64,000 bases of DNA from Histomonas meleagridis 2922-C6/04-290x (taxonomy: Eukaryota; Protista; Parabasalia). Within the stretch, counting starts at the first letter, position 1, and each line of letters starts with the position of its first letter. The notes beneath the pieces were generated by a model, which saw nothing but the letters and a program-made list of their open reading frames with translations, was not told where the DNA came from and ran no database searches. The position numbers and the translations under genes are program-made. The stretch is from NCBI GenBank assembly GCA_020184695.1, contig JAANOX010000205.1, positions 496,001-560,000 on the forward strand, written 5' to 3'. Positions 9,477-18,925 of the stretch are shown one piece after another.

Positions 9477-12008
9477 TTATTGTTGTTTTTTGAAACATTC
9501 AGGAATCAAAGAATCAAAATATTCTAATGTCCTTTGATCTTCAATTTTTAGTGAATGTATTAAATTATAAACAATTTTAAAATAGTTTTCGTCCAAAGCG
9601 CATTTATAAAAAACTTCATCTAAAGCATCGAATATACATGATCCAAATGGTGTTTTACACATTTCATTTTCAAACTCTAACTCGCTTAATAATAATTCTA
9701 CAGCCTTTGAAATTAGTTTGTTAACATTTCCATTAATAATAACTTGACAATCTCCAAGTAATAAAAACATTAGAATCATTAATCTTCTTTCAATAAACAT
9801 ATTTGAATTTTTTTTAAATGTCACATCGAATTTCACCACGAAATTCGAAAGTATCAACGATAAGTTATTATCAAATGCATTATCCAATGGTAAATTAATT
9901 GAATTCACCAATTGTTTAGTTGCATCTATATTATTTACTGTTAAAGTTGCCAATGTAACTAAAACAATTTGATCGAAGAAAAGATCATTTTCCCCAGAAA
10001 AGAATTGAATGATCAGCTCATTCAAAAACTGAACATTGATTTTTGAATTGAAAATGATCGGTATCATACAAGGAACGATATGTTTAAAATGTTGTGTTTC
10101 ATTAAAACCTTTATTATGAATCAAATTTAATAAGAACGGTTCGAAATCACCGAATATATTATTTCTAGTAAAAATTCTATAAATACCTAACACATATTGT
10201 AAATTTTTTAAACCATTTACAGTTGAAAAACTTAAAGAAGAAGCAATTTTAAGTAAAATACCGAACAAATTTTCGATTGCTTCTTGATTATTAATAATTT
10301 GTAGAATATCAGGAATCATAAACAATTGATATTCTAATACTAATGCCAATTTTTTATTATTTTGAGATAAATTAGCGATTACATTTAAAGTTGGTAATAA
10401 AAATTGTTGTAAAAATTGGGGACAAGTTCGCATGAAGTTACCTATTACAATAATTAAATGTTTTGCAGTAATACGATAATTCTCAAGTCGACATAACGCT
10501 AAATATAACTCATTAATTAAGTCGTTTAAATAAGGCAAAAACGCTTGAACTAAACCAATGTTGTTTATATTACTTGTGCTTTCTAAAAGATATACAAAGT
10601 TAAAAGGATCAGAAGAAAAGAATCGATTTTCTTCGCATGCATAACTTAAACATTTTAAGAACAAATTCGCATGATATAAAGGATTATACCAATTAATATC
10701 TGCTGATTGTAGAATCAATAACAAAAATATTTGTACATGGAAATCATCGATAGTTATTAACTTAACAATAACATCATTAAACTCATTAATATATATTCCT
10801 GTATTCACTAAATACATTAACAATTGTAATTTCCCATATAAGTCACTAAATTCGAAGAAGCTTCCATAATCGAAAGTTATTCTCTTGTTGAAATAACATA
10901 TGATTGTAATGATCGAATTGTTTAATGGCTGTGTTTTATTGATGTTTTTGGAACAATATTCAAATGTTGATTCACAAACATTAGGTAATGTTAAGGTATA
11001 AGGTATGATAAATAATAAATTGTATAAAAGATAATCACTTTGATCGAATCGATATTCATCATAAAAAATGTCATCTTCTGTTTGTTCACTTTCATCATAA
11101 CCACAACTATCTTTGTCATGCAAAATAGAAATTAAATCTTCGAAACTAAAGTCTTGGAAATGCTCTAAACATATGCCTAAAATTGTAACTAATAATGATA
11201 TTAAATATTCATTAAAATATGGAACAAAATCTTTAAATGGATCAATGAGCTTATATATTAATGTTTGAATTAATAAATTATTATGAATAAGATTGTCATT
11301 AAAATTGACCCGTCTAAAAACTATAAACTCTAAAATTTTGACCGATTTCTCAAAAAATAAGCGACGTGAATCTTCCGATTGATCACTTGAAAAATATAAG
11401 CGATACTTAATGCATTCATAAAATAATGGAAGGGTTTCATCAGCAATGGGTAGTTGTATAAAAAATGTATAAAAAAATGATGTAATGCGTTGGAAATTTC
11501 TTGGATCAAGAATATCGAATTTAAACTGGAATGTGAAGTATTGACAAATAATATACTTGACTTCAGGAGCAATGGTTGGCTCCATAGATATATTAATAAG
11601 ATGTTGAAATACAGAATCGTCAAATATTTTTTTATTGATTTCTGTAAATATTAAACAACATTTGGAAAATTCAAGAGGGCAATTGATTAGTTCCTTTAGG
11701 ATAGTCATTTTAAACTGATCTGGATTTGGAAAATTTTTACAAAAAATTGGAATTATAAATTGTTGAAGTTGAGGATCTTGAATATATTTAAAAACTATCT
11801 CAAGTCCTGGGATATTTAAAGGAGAGCATTTTTCCATAATTATTAAAGATAATTTTCTAAATGTTATATTAATATTTGGATCGTCTATAATCCCTAATAA
11901 ATTCATAATAAACGCTGGGTTATTGATTACTTGAGCGAACTCCAAAAGAATATCATACCCATTTTCCATAAACTGTTTAAAAACATCTATTATCTTTTCC
12001 TTTTCCAT
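9477..12008 (-). CDS. Divergent HEAT/importin-beta-like alpha-solenoid protein (843 aa)
   Basis: Long open frame, N-terminal IRKLxLI.. importin-beta-N-like block, acidic loop followed by Leu/Ile-rich helical repeats. Confidence 0.55.
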   Translation of the reverse strand: MEKEKIIDVFKQFMENGYDILLEFAQVINNPAFIMNLLGIIDDPNINITFRKLSLIIMEKCSPLNIPGLEIVFKYIQDPQLQQFIIPIFCKNFPNPDQFKMTILKELINCPLEFSKCCLIFTEINKKIFDDSVFQHLINISMEPTIAPEVKYIICQYFTFQFKFDILDPRNFQRITSFFYTFFIQLPIADETLPLFYECIKYRLYFSSDQSEDSRRLFFEKSVKILEFIVFRRVNFNDNLIHNNLLIQTLIYKLIDPFKDFVPYFNEYLISLLVTILGICLEHFQDFSFEDLISILHDKDSCGYDESEQTEDDIFYDEYRFDQSDYLLYNLLFIIPYTLTLPNVCESTFEYCSKNINKTQPLNNSIITIICYFNKRITFDYGSFFEFSDLYGKLQLLMYLVNTGIYINEFNDVIVKLITIDDFHVQIFLLLILQSADINWYNPLYHANLFLKCLSYACEENRFFSSDPFNFVYLLESTSNINNIGLVQAFLPYLNDLINELYLALCRLENYRITAKHLIIVIGNFMRTCPQFLQQFLLPTLNVIANLSQNNKKLALVLEYQLFMIPDILQIINNQEAIENLFGILLKIASSLSFSTVNGLKNLQYVLGIYRIFTRNNIFGDFEPFLLNLIHNKGFNETQHFKHIVPCMIPIIFNSKINVQFLNELIIQFFSGENDLFFDQIVLVTLATLTVNNIDATKQLVNSINLPLDNAFDNNLSLILSNFVVKFDVTFKKNSNMFIERRLMILMFLLLGDCQVIINGNVNKLISKAVELLLSELEFENEMCKTPFGSCIFDALDEVFYKCALDENYFKIVYNLIHSLKIEDQRTLEYFDSLIPECFKKQQ

Positions 12009-12169
12009 TTTGCGCTTTAAATCCGTTTGGCGGTTACTGAAACTTTTCTTCTCAAATAAATTGAAACCCGAAATTTACCTCACAATTCCCTATCGTTCTC
12101 CACAATTCCAAAAGCAAAAAATAACCAAAATAAATTTATTTAAATAAAACTCCGTTAAAATATATTTTC

Positions 12170-15100
12170 TTATGCAACATATAAAGTCAAATGTGGAATT
12201 CTTTTCTCATTACAGTCCTCCATCAAAAATGACAAGTTAAATTGATTCAAATCAACAATCTCATTCCCACATAATACATCCAACTTATTGATCTTAATTC
12301 CGATTTTTTCTTCAATAGCTTCCTTAACACTATCGAAGTCCATGTCGCTCCGTATGCGCATTATGATCACTTTCTGTCGCGTAACACATACCTTCGCATA
12401 CACATCATACCATTCTCCACTGCCGCGCGACTTCTCGCGCATCTTCTCGATCTCTTCAGACATAATGCTCTGCATCTTCGAGACCTTCGCGCGCGTGGCA
12501 ATCAGCTGCGTGAGCTTGCGATTGATAACCTGAACTTGGAATGGAGCAAGCGACGAAAGATTAAGCCCGAGCTCGTGGCAGAGCTCATCGATGGTTGCGG
12601 ACGCTGCTGTCTGTGCTTTAGCTTCGGGCGATGTGCGCTGCGCGTCCTGCTGCACTGGCGATGGTGCTGGCGCGTGCACTACTTTGAGTGGCGGAGGAGG
12701 CTGCTCGTGGCCCTGTGAGGAAACAAGCTGCTGGAAGAAGCTGAAAGAACTCTTGGCGCCCGACTTTGACGATGCGGGCGCAGGACTGATGCGGTCGGGC
12801 TTCTTCTCAATGGGCTTGGCGGAATCTTTCTTCTCTTCGACTTTGGCAGGTTCTTCATGCTTGTCTTCTTTGGCCTTCTCGACATTAGATTCCTTGGTAG
12901 TATCTTCTTTGGCCGCTTTGGTTTCCTCAGCTTTAGATTCCTTTTTAGTTTCTTTGGTTTCTTCAGTTTTAATCTCTTTAGATTGTTCAGCTTTAGTTTC
13001 TTTATCTTTGGCTTCTTCTGTTGCTTCTTCTTTGACTTTTTCAAGTTTAACTTCTTTGGTTTCCTCAACTTTAATCTCTTTAGCTTCTTCAACTTTATCC
13101 TTTTTACTTTCTTCAGCCTTGGCTTCATCAGCTTTAATTTCTTTAGATTCTTCAACTTTATCTTCAGTGTGCATTTCTTCTTTGACTTCTTTAGCCTCTT
13201 CAGTTTTACTTTCTTCCTCTTTAGATTCTTCGCTTGTTTCCTCTTCTTCTTTGACTTTAGCTTCTTCAGCTTTACTTTCTTCACTTGTTTCTTCTTCGAC
13301 TTCTTTAGCCTCTTCAGATTTGCTTTCTTCTTCTTTAGATTCTTCACTTGTTTCTTCCTCAGCTTTAACTTCTTCTTCGACTTCTTTAGCTTCTTCAACT
13401 TTACTTTCTTCACTTGTTTCTTCTTTGATTTCTTTGGCTTCTTTAGCCTCTTCAACTTTACTTTCTTCCTCTTTAGTTTCTTCGCTTTTTTCTTCCTCAG
13501 CTTTAACTTCTTCTTCGACTTCTTTAGCTTCTTCAGCTTTACTTTCTTCACTTGTTTCTTCTTCGACTTCTTTAGCCTCTTCAGATTTGCTTTCTTCCTC
13601 TTTAGTTTCTTCACTTGTTTCTTCCTCAGCTTTGACTTCTTCTTTGACTTCTTTAGCTTCTTCAGCTTTACTTTCTTCACTTGTTTCTTCTTCGACTTCT
13701 TTAGCCTCTTCAGATTTGCTTTCTTCCTCTTTAGTTTCTTCACTTGTTTCTTCCTCAGCTTTAACTTCTTCTTTGACTTCTTTAGCTTCTTCAACTTTAC
13801 TTTCTTCACTTGTTTCTTCTTTGATTTCTTTGGCTTCTTTAGCCTCTTCAACTTTACTTTCTTCCTCTTTAGTTTCTTCGCTTTTTTCTTCCTCAGCTTT
13901 AACTTCTTCTTTGACTTCTTTAGCTTCATAAGCTTTACTTTCTTCCTCTTTAGATTCCTCTTCTTCTTTCATATCTTTGGTTTCTTCATCTTTAGTTTCA
14001 CCAGTAATTTCCTCTTTAATTTTTTCAATTTGTTCTTTAGTCTCTTCAATTTTATCTTCTTTGCATTCTTGCTTAGTCTCTTCTTCAATTTGTTCTTTGA
14101 GCTCTTCTTTAGTCTCTTCTTCAGTTTGCACTTCTTTGACTTCTTCGGTTGTCTCTTTGGTTTCTTCCTCTTGTTGCTCTTTGATTTCTTCAGTTGTCTC
14201 TTTAGTTTCTTCTTTGACTTCTTCTTTTATCTCTTCATATGTTTCTTGGATTTCTTCTTTCGTTTCTTCAGTTTGCTCTTTGATTTCTTCCTTAACTTCT
14301 TCCGTTGACTCTTTAATTTCTTCTCCAATTTCTTTTGCTGGTGCTTCAGTTGCTTCTTTAGTTTCTTCAATTGTTTCCTCTTTGGTTTCTTCAGTTTGTT
14401 CTTTGGGTTCTTCCTTAACTTCTTCCGTTGTTTCTTTAATTTCTTCTGCAATTTCTTTTGCTGGTGTTTCATTTGCTTCTTTGGTTTCTTCCTTAGTTTC
14501 TTCGGCTTTAGGCTGTTCCAATATTTCTTTAGTTTCTTCACTTACATTTTCTTTGATTTCTTCTTTAGCTTCTTCATCTTTCTTTTCATTTATTACTTCT
14601 TTAACTTCTTCATTTGTTTCCCCTTTATTTTCTTCGACTTTCTTTTCCGTTTCAGTCAATTCGATGTTTTTGATATCATTTAAGTCTACGCAAGATCTTT
14701 GTTTCATTAATTTTTGTGTCATTTCGTCGGGTTCATTTAATGCCGAAGAACTTTTCGACACTATTCTCAGTGTTGACGAGTTAATACCATCTTTGCTACT
14801 TCTTTTATGTCTATGACCTTTTCTCACCACTTGTACAGGTGTTCCTGAGATGTGATGACTTTTATTTAGATCGCCAGACACAGTCAAATATTTTCTTTTA
14901 GATTTTCTATGTCCCAAAATCTTCTTCAAGTACATTGGAATTTCGATAAAGTAAAAAGAATAAGAAAACAACTTTGATATCATATTACAACCTCCATAAA
15001 TCAACAAATTCTTTTTACCATGTTCGGACAAAACATTCATTGAGAAATAAGTCAAGAATGAAGGATCATTCATACCACTAATACAATTAATATATTTCAT

Positions 15101-17377
15101 AATTGTTGTATCCAAAATTCCAGGATTAGTAATTTCATTTGTACCGAATGAACCACCGATGAATAAAATGAATTGTTTGATAGAAACAGAACAATGATTA
15201 GCACGTTGTGGAGGGTTATCGCCAATAATATCAGCATTTTCCCATTCATTTTTATTTGGTAAATATACTGCGAAATCGTTACGATATTTATTTCTACCAT
15301 TAGTACCTCCATGTAGAATTATTTTATCATTAATTAAATCAGCGGTATGAAACGCTCTTGAAGAAGGTGTTGTTGTTTTATTATTAATATGCATCCATGA
15401 ATTAATTTCAATGTCAAATATCCAAATGTCATCAATAATTTTCCCTTTCTTATTAATACCCCCAAATATATATAATTTATTATTATAATATGTCATTGTA
15501 TGTCCAATTCGTGCTTCTGGTGAATTTGGTGTTTTTAATTGTTGATAATTATTCGTTGTAATATTATATTCCCATAAATCATTAAAATATTCCCAATCTG
15601 TACTTCCGCCAAATATATAAATAGTTTTCTTATATGAAGCGATCGAATGATTAATTCTTCCTGGAATTTTTGTCGGTATAATTTGTGGTTGAATTGCATC
15701 CGAATTTTCGGATTTTGTTAATACTATTAAATCAGTTGGATATATATTATTTGATTTCCCTCCAAAGATATAAATTGTGTTATCAATTGTTATCGATTTA
15801 TGTCCATATAATGTTGGAACTGATTTATTTTGTATTAATAAATTAAAGCGAAACATTTTGGTTACATCAATGCCTTTCTTATTATAAAATTCTTCTTTAA
15901 TCTCATCAAGTTTCTTGATAAATTCATTCATTTGTTCATTATCTGGAAAATCAAAAATAAGTTGATAATATTTATCTGAACCTTTCTTAACTGGAATGTT
16001 AATTGTAAATTCTGTTGAATCAGGTCTAATAACATATCGAAAATTATTCGGTAATTCATCATATACACATGACTCAGTACCATTACGAAAATCTTTTGTA
16101 AATAATATCAAATTATTAAATAAATATAAAATACCAATAAATGATTTGGGTTTCTTATATGTTATGGGTGTACTTGATATAAAAATACGTGATGGATGTA
16201 TAAGTGTATAATGATCTTTGAAGTTGTTTTGAATGGTTAAAAGTTTCGCACTGTTTTTGGCAGAAAGTGACGCTTGGTCGATTTGATTTGTAACTTCTTC
16301 AAGTTTCGTTGTCGCTGACTCTAACATAGCAAAATCTGGATGCGATGGTGGAGTGGCCTTAAGAAGTTCTCTTAAAAAAAGAATATATCGAGGCATTCGT
16401 TGGACAGGCGTAATTAAATATGATGTAAGTTCTGCTTTAGGTCCTTCTATGAATGGGTTCTTGTCGGCAAGTTCGCGTAACTTATCCTTGAAGGACTTGT
16501 TTTTGGACTTTTCAAGAATGAATTTGATGATATTGGAATAATTGGATATGTATAAAAGTGAGACTTTAAAGAAGGATGAGAAGTCTAAAAATACATCTGA
16601 TAACATGGCACCATATGTAACGCCACGTTCTTTAAGATCATTAAGAAATTGTGTATGACAATTAATGATGATTGGAAAGTCATGAAAAACTTGATTAGAT
16701 TCATCTTCCGTGAAAAGCTTACTGGATTCCATACTAGGTTTCCAATATTTAACAATAATATCAAGTCCATTAAGATATGTGATTTCGGTTGTTTGGATTT
16801 CATTAATAATATTAACACGGTGATTAATCTTTGATAACTCTTTGTCGGTTAAAGTGCACTTAAATGTTAATTGTTGCGTTTTAAGACAACTAATTATTTC
16901 TGATGCTGATGTTGATGGATCAATTTCATTGTTATCTAAAAGTAATGATGGATCTGTCATTGCAAATGGGAATTTTGATATAATAAAATCAAAGAAATCT
17001 TGGAAAGATTTACCTTGAAAATCTTGAGGAACAAAAGAAACTTCAAAAGGAGGAATACCTACAACCGTCTTCTCTTGGACCAAGACAAAAGCTGTAAATA
17101 ATTTTTTTTCACTTTCTGGTAATATTGAAATGAAGTATTTCGGTCTAAGAAACTTATAAGGTCGCTTTTTTTGTGCTATCTCTGGAAATAATAGATACGG
17201 AATTGAATTTGGTGGGATTGCTTCTCGGTATAATGGTGTTGAAATTGATAAAAATTCATTTTCTAATTTTAAATCCTTGGCTATTTCTTCTGTTGTTTTA
17301 TTCTCTATGTCTTTAAGTTCTTTGATTATGTTCGATTGTGATGGTCTTCCGAATGCAACATAAGACGTTATTTCCAT
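12170..17377 (-). CDS. RhoGEF (DH-PH) plus Kelch beta-propeller plus Glu/Lys-rich repeat protein (1735 aa)
   Basis: RVNIINEIQTTEITYL and LITPVQRMPRYILFLRELLKATP..HPD (DH domain); GH.. IYIFGG / LYIFGG / ILHGG / LFIGG Kelch blades; long EEK-rich stalk. Confidence 0.92.
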   Translation of the reverse strand: MEITSYVAFGRPSQSNIIKELKDIENKTTEEIAKDLKLENEFLSISTPLYREAIPPNSIPYLLFPEIAQKKRPYKFLRPKYFISILPESEKKLFTAFVLVQEKTVVGIPPFEVSFVPQDFQGKSFQDFFDFIISKFPFAMTDPSLLLDNNEIDPSTSASEIISCLKTQQLTFKCTLTDKELSKINHRVNIINEIQTTEITYLNGLDIIVKYWKPSMESSKLFTEDESNQVFHDFPIIINCHTQFLNDLKERGVTYGAMLSDVFLDFSSFFKVSLLYISNYSNIIKFILEKSKNKSFKDKLRELADKNPFIEGPKAELTSYLITPVQRMPRYILFLRELLKATPPSHPDFAMLESATTKLEEVTNQIDQASLSAKNSAKLLTIQNNFKDHYTLIHPSRIFISSTPITYKKPKSFIGILYLFNNLILFTKDFRNGTESCVYDELPNNFRYVIRPDSTEFTINIPVKKGSDKYYQLIFDFPDNEQMNEFIKKLDEIKEEFYNKKGIDVTKMFRFNLLIQNKSVPTLYGHKSITIDNTIYIFGGKSNNIYPTDLIVLTKSENSDAIQPQIIPTKIPGRINHSIASYKKTIYIFGGSTDWEYFNDLWEYNITTNNYQQLKTPNSPEARIGHTMTYYNNKLYIFGGINKKGKIIDDIWIFDIEINSWMHINNKTTTPSSRAFHTADLINDKIILHGGTNGRNKYRNDFAVYLPNKNEWENADIIGDNPPQRANHCSVSIKQFILFIGGSFGTNEITNPGILDTTIMKYINCISGMNDPSFLTYFSMNVLSEHGKKNLLIYGGCNMISKLFSYSFYFIEIPMYLKKILGHRKSKRKYLTVSGDLNKSHHISGTPVQVVRKGHRHKRSSKDGINSSTLRIVSKSSSALNEPDEMTQKLMKQRSCVDLNDIKNIELTETEKKVEENKGETNEEVKEVINEKKDEEAKEEIKENVSEETKEILEQPKAEETKEETKEANETPAKEIAEEIKETTEEVKEEPKEQTEETKEETIEETKEATEAPAKEIGEEIKESTEEVKEEIKEQTEETKEEIQETYEEIKEEVKEETKETTEEIKEQQEEETKETTEEVKEVQTEEETKEELKEQIEEETKQECKEDKIEETKEQIEKIKEEITGETKDEETKDMKEEEESKEEESKAYEAKEVKEEVKAEEEKSEETKEEESKVEEAKEAKEIKEETSEESKVEEAKEVKEEVKAEEETSEETKEEESKSEEAKEVEEETSEESKAEEAKEVKEEVKAEEETSEETKEEESKSEEAKEVEEETSEESKAEEAKEVEEEVKAEEEKSEETKEEESKVEEAKEAKEIKEETSEESKVEEAKEVEEEVKAEEETSEESKEEESKSEEAKEVEEETSEESKAEEAKVKEEEETSEESKEEESKTEEAKEVKEEMHTEDKVEESKEIKADEAKAEESKKDKVEEAKEIKVEETKEVKLEKVKEEATEEAKDKETKAEQSKEIKTEETKETKKESKAEETKAAKEDTTKESNVEKAKEDKHEEPAKVEEKKDSAKPIEKKPDRISPAPASSKSGAKSSFSFFQQLVSSQGHEQPPPPLKVVHAPAPSPVQQDAQRTSPEAKAQTAASATIDELCHELGLNLSSLAPFQVQVINRKLTQLIATRAKVSKMQSIMSEEIEKMREKSRGSGEWYDVYAKVCVTRQKVIIMRIRSDMDFDSVKEAIEEKIGIKINKLDVLCGNEIVDLNQFNLSFLMEDCNEKRIPHLTLYVA
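12900..14660 (-). repeat. Glu/Lys-rich coding minisatellite with higher-order units (core about 13200-13960: EEETSEESKxEEAKEVxEEVKA)
   Basis: Visible near-identical blocks; they produce the long antisense/out-of-frame ORFs in the track. Confidence 0.9.
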
Positions 17378-17869
17378 TTGTAGTAATTACTATTCCTTTT
17401 GTGGGCCTTGTTCTGAATCTTATCAAATATTCGTTTATAGATAACTATTTTGAATGATATATTTTTCGGGTGCCCCATATGAAGCCCCAATAATCAAAAC
17501 AACGATAACGAACACAATTAAATTTTGCCAGGGTTTTCAAAGTGTGACTTTTCAAATTTGGTGGTTAACCTTTCAATCAGTTACGATAAATGACTTTTTC
17601 TGGATCGAAAACCTGTGGCAACAAAAAACTCTATAAGTCTTATTCTCAAATACTTATTTTGACATATATCTGATTAACAAATATTTCAGAAACCTATCGA
17701 AAGAGATTGTGAATGATCATTTAAAAATAATTTCTAGGATATCAATAAATTACAGCTATATTCTAATATTTTGCTTATGGTAATAGTTTTATGAATAAAA
17801 TTTTTAAAAAGAATTTTGGCAATAGAAAAATGAATGTTATTTTGATATTTTATTTAACTACTTTTGATA

Positions 17870-18560
17870 TTAGATGTGGACATCAAAATTGTCTTCTTTG
17901 AATTCTTTTGATGGATCTTCTTTGATATTATTTTAATAATATTTATTGAAAAATTAATTGTTTCAATTTCCTTTTGTTTTTAGTTAAAATCTTTTGATTC
18001 TTCTTCACCTTTTTGATGATTATCTGGAATCCGAATTAATAATATAATAAGTAATGAAATAATAATTATTATTATCATCCAAAACACCAATAATAATAAT
18101 AATATAAAAATATGTCTTATCACTATTATTATGATGATATAAATGATAAAATATTTGTCAAAATAAATGTATTTGTTAACAGATTATATGAGGAAAATGC
18201 ATTTGATTATGTAAAAGAATACGATTTAGCAAATATATTTAATTCAGAAAATGTGTTTGTGATGTATCACACACAAGAACACACTCCGCTCAAACAAGTA
18301 GGAAAAAATGTAAGTTCCAAAAATTGGCGACGTGCTACCATATGGGAAATGTTTCTAAATATTTACATAAATAAATATCTGTAACAATGTTTGGAATGAC
18401 AAAACTTGAACGCACAGCTTGAGAATATGGCGCTTTGTATTATCGTTAACGCTATTTCCAAACGAAATTGATAATAAATAAGGTGGTGAAGATAATGTAC
18501 CTGATCCAAATGAAGTTACAGATTCTGGAATTTGTTCCAATAAATACATTTTTGGAATGA
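17870..18560 (-). pseudogene. Degenerate BspA-like (TpLRR) surface-protein remnant with TM and acidic tail fragments
   Basis: Minus-strand fragments IPESVTSFGSG, LLSISFGNSV, AIFSSCAF/SSFVIPNIVTDI across frames, a hydrophobic stretch, and tail KEDPSKEFKEDNFDVHI*; multiple stops and frameshifts. Confidence 0.55.
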
Positions 18561-18925
18561 TTTATAGTGTTTTCATAAATTAAAATTTGATAATTTTTAC
18601 ATAAATTATTCGACTGACCAAAATGGCATTAAAAAAACTGTAATGAGAAACTTCTTTTTTTCATTATGTAAAAATCTTTTTTTGGATAATTATTAAAATT
18701 CTGTTTCGCCATGTAAAAATTGTTTCTAATTGCTGTATTGTTATCATTTGATAATAATCAAGCATTGAAACCTTTATTTGTAAATTATGTTTCTTCTCTA
18801 GAAGATGAGGAACCAAATAAACGTATTTTGCCACATTCGTTGCAAAACAAACCGTTTTATTTCAATGGAATTTGACTGTTATTTCGGGAAATGATGACCG
18901 TTTATAAATTTGTTCCGACTTTATT

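Noticed and set aside
12591-14816. Long alternative-frame and antisense ORFs (279-483 aa) over the RhoGEF gene
   Set aside because: By-products of the stop-poor Glu/Lys repeat; low-complexity Ser/Leu, Phe or Lys translations.
18112-18384. 90-aa plus-strand ORF
   Set aside because: Antisense to the BspA-like remnant; no recognisable features.
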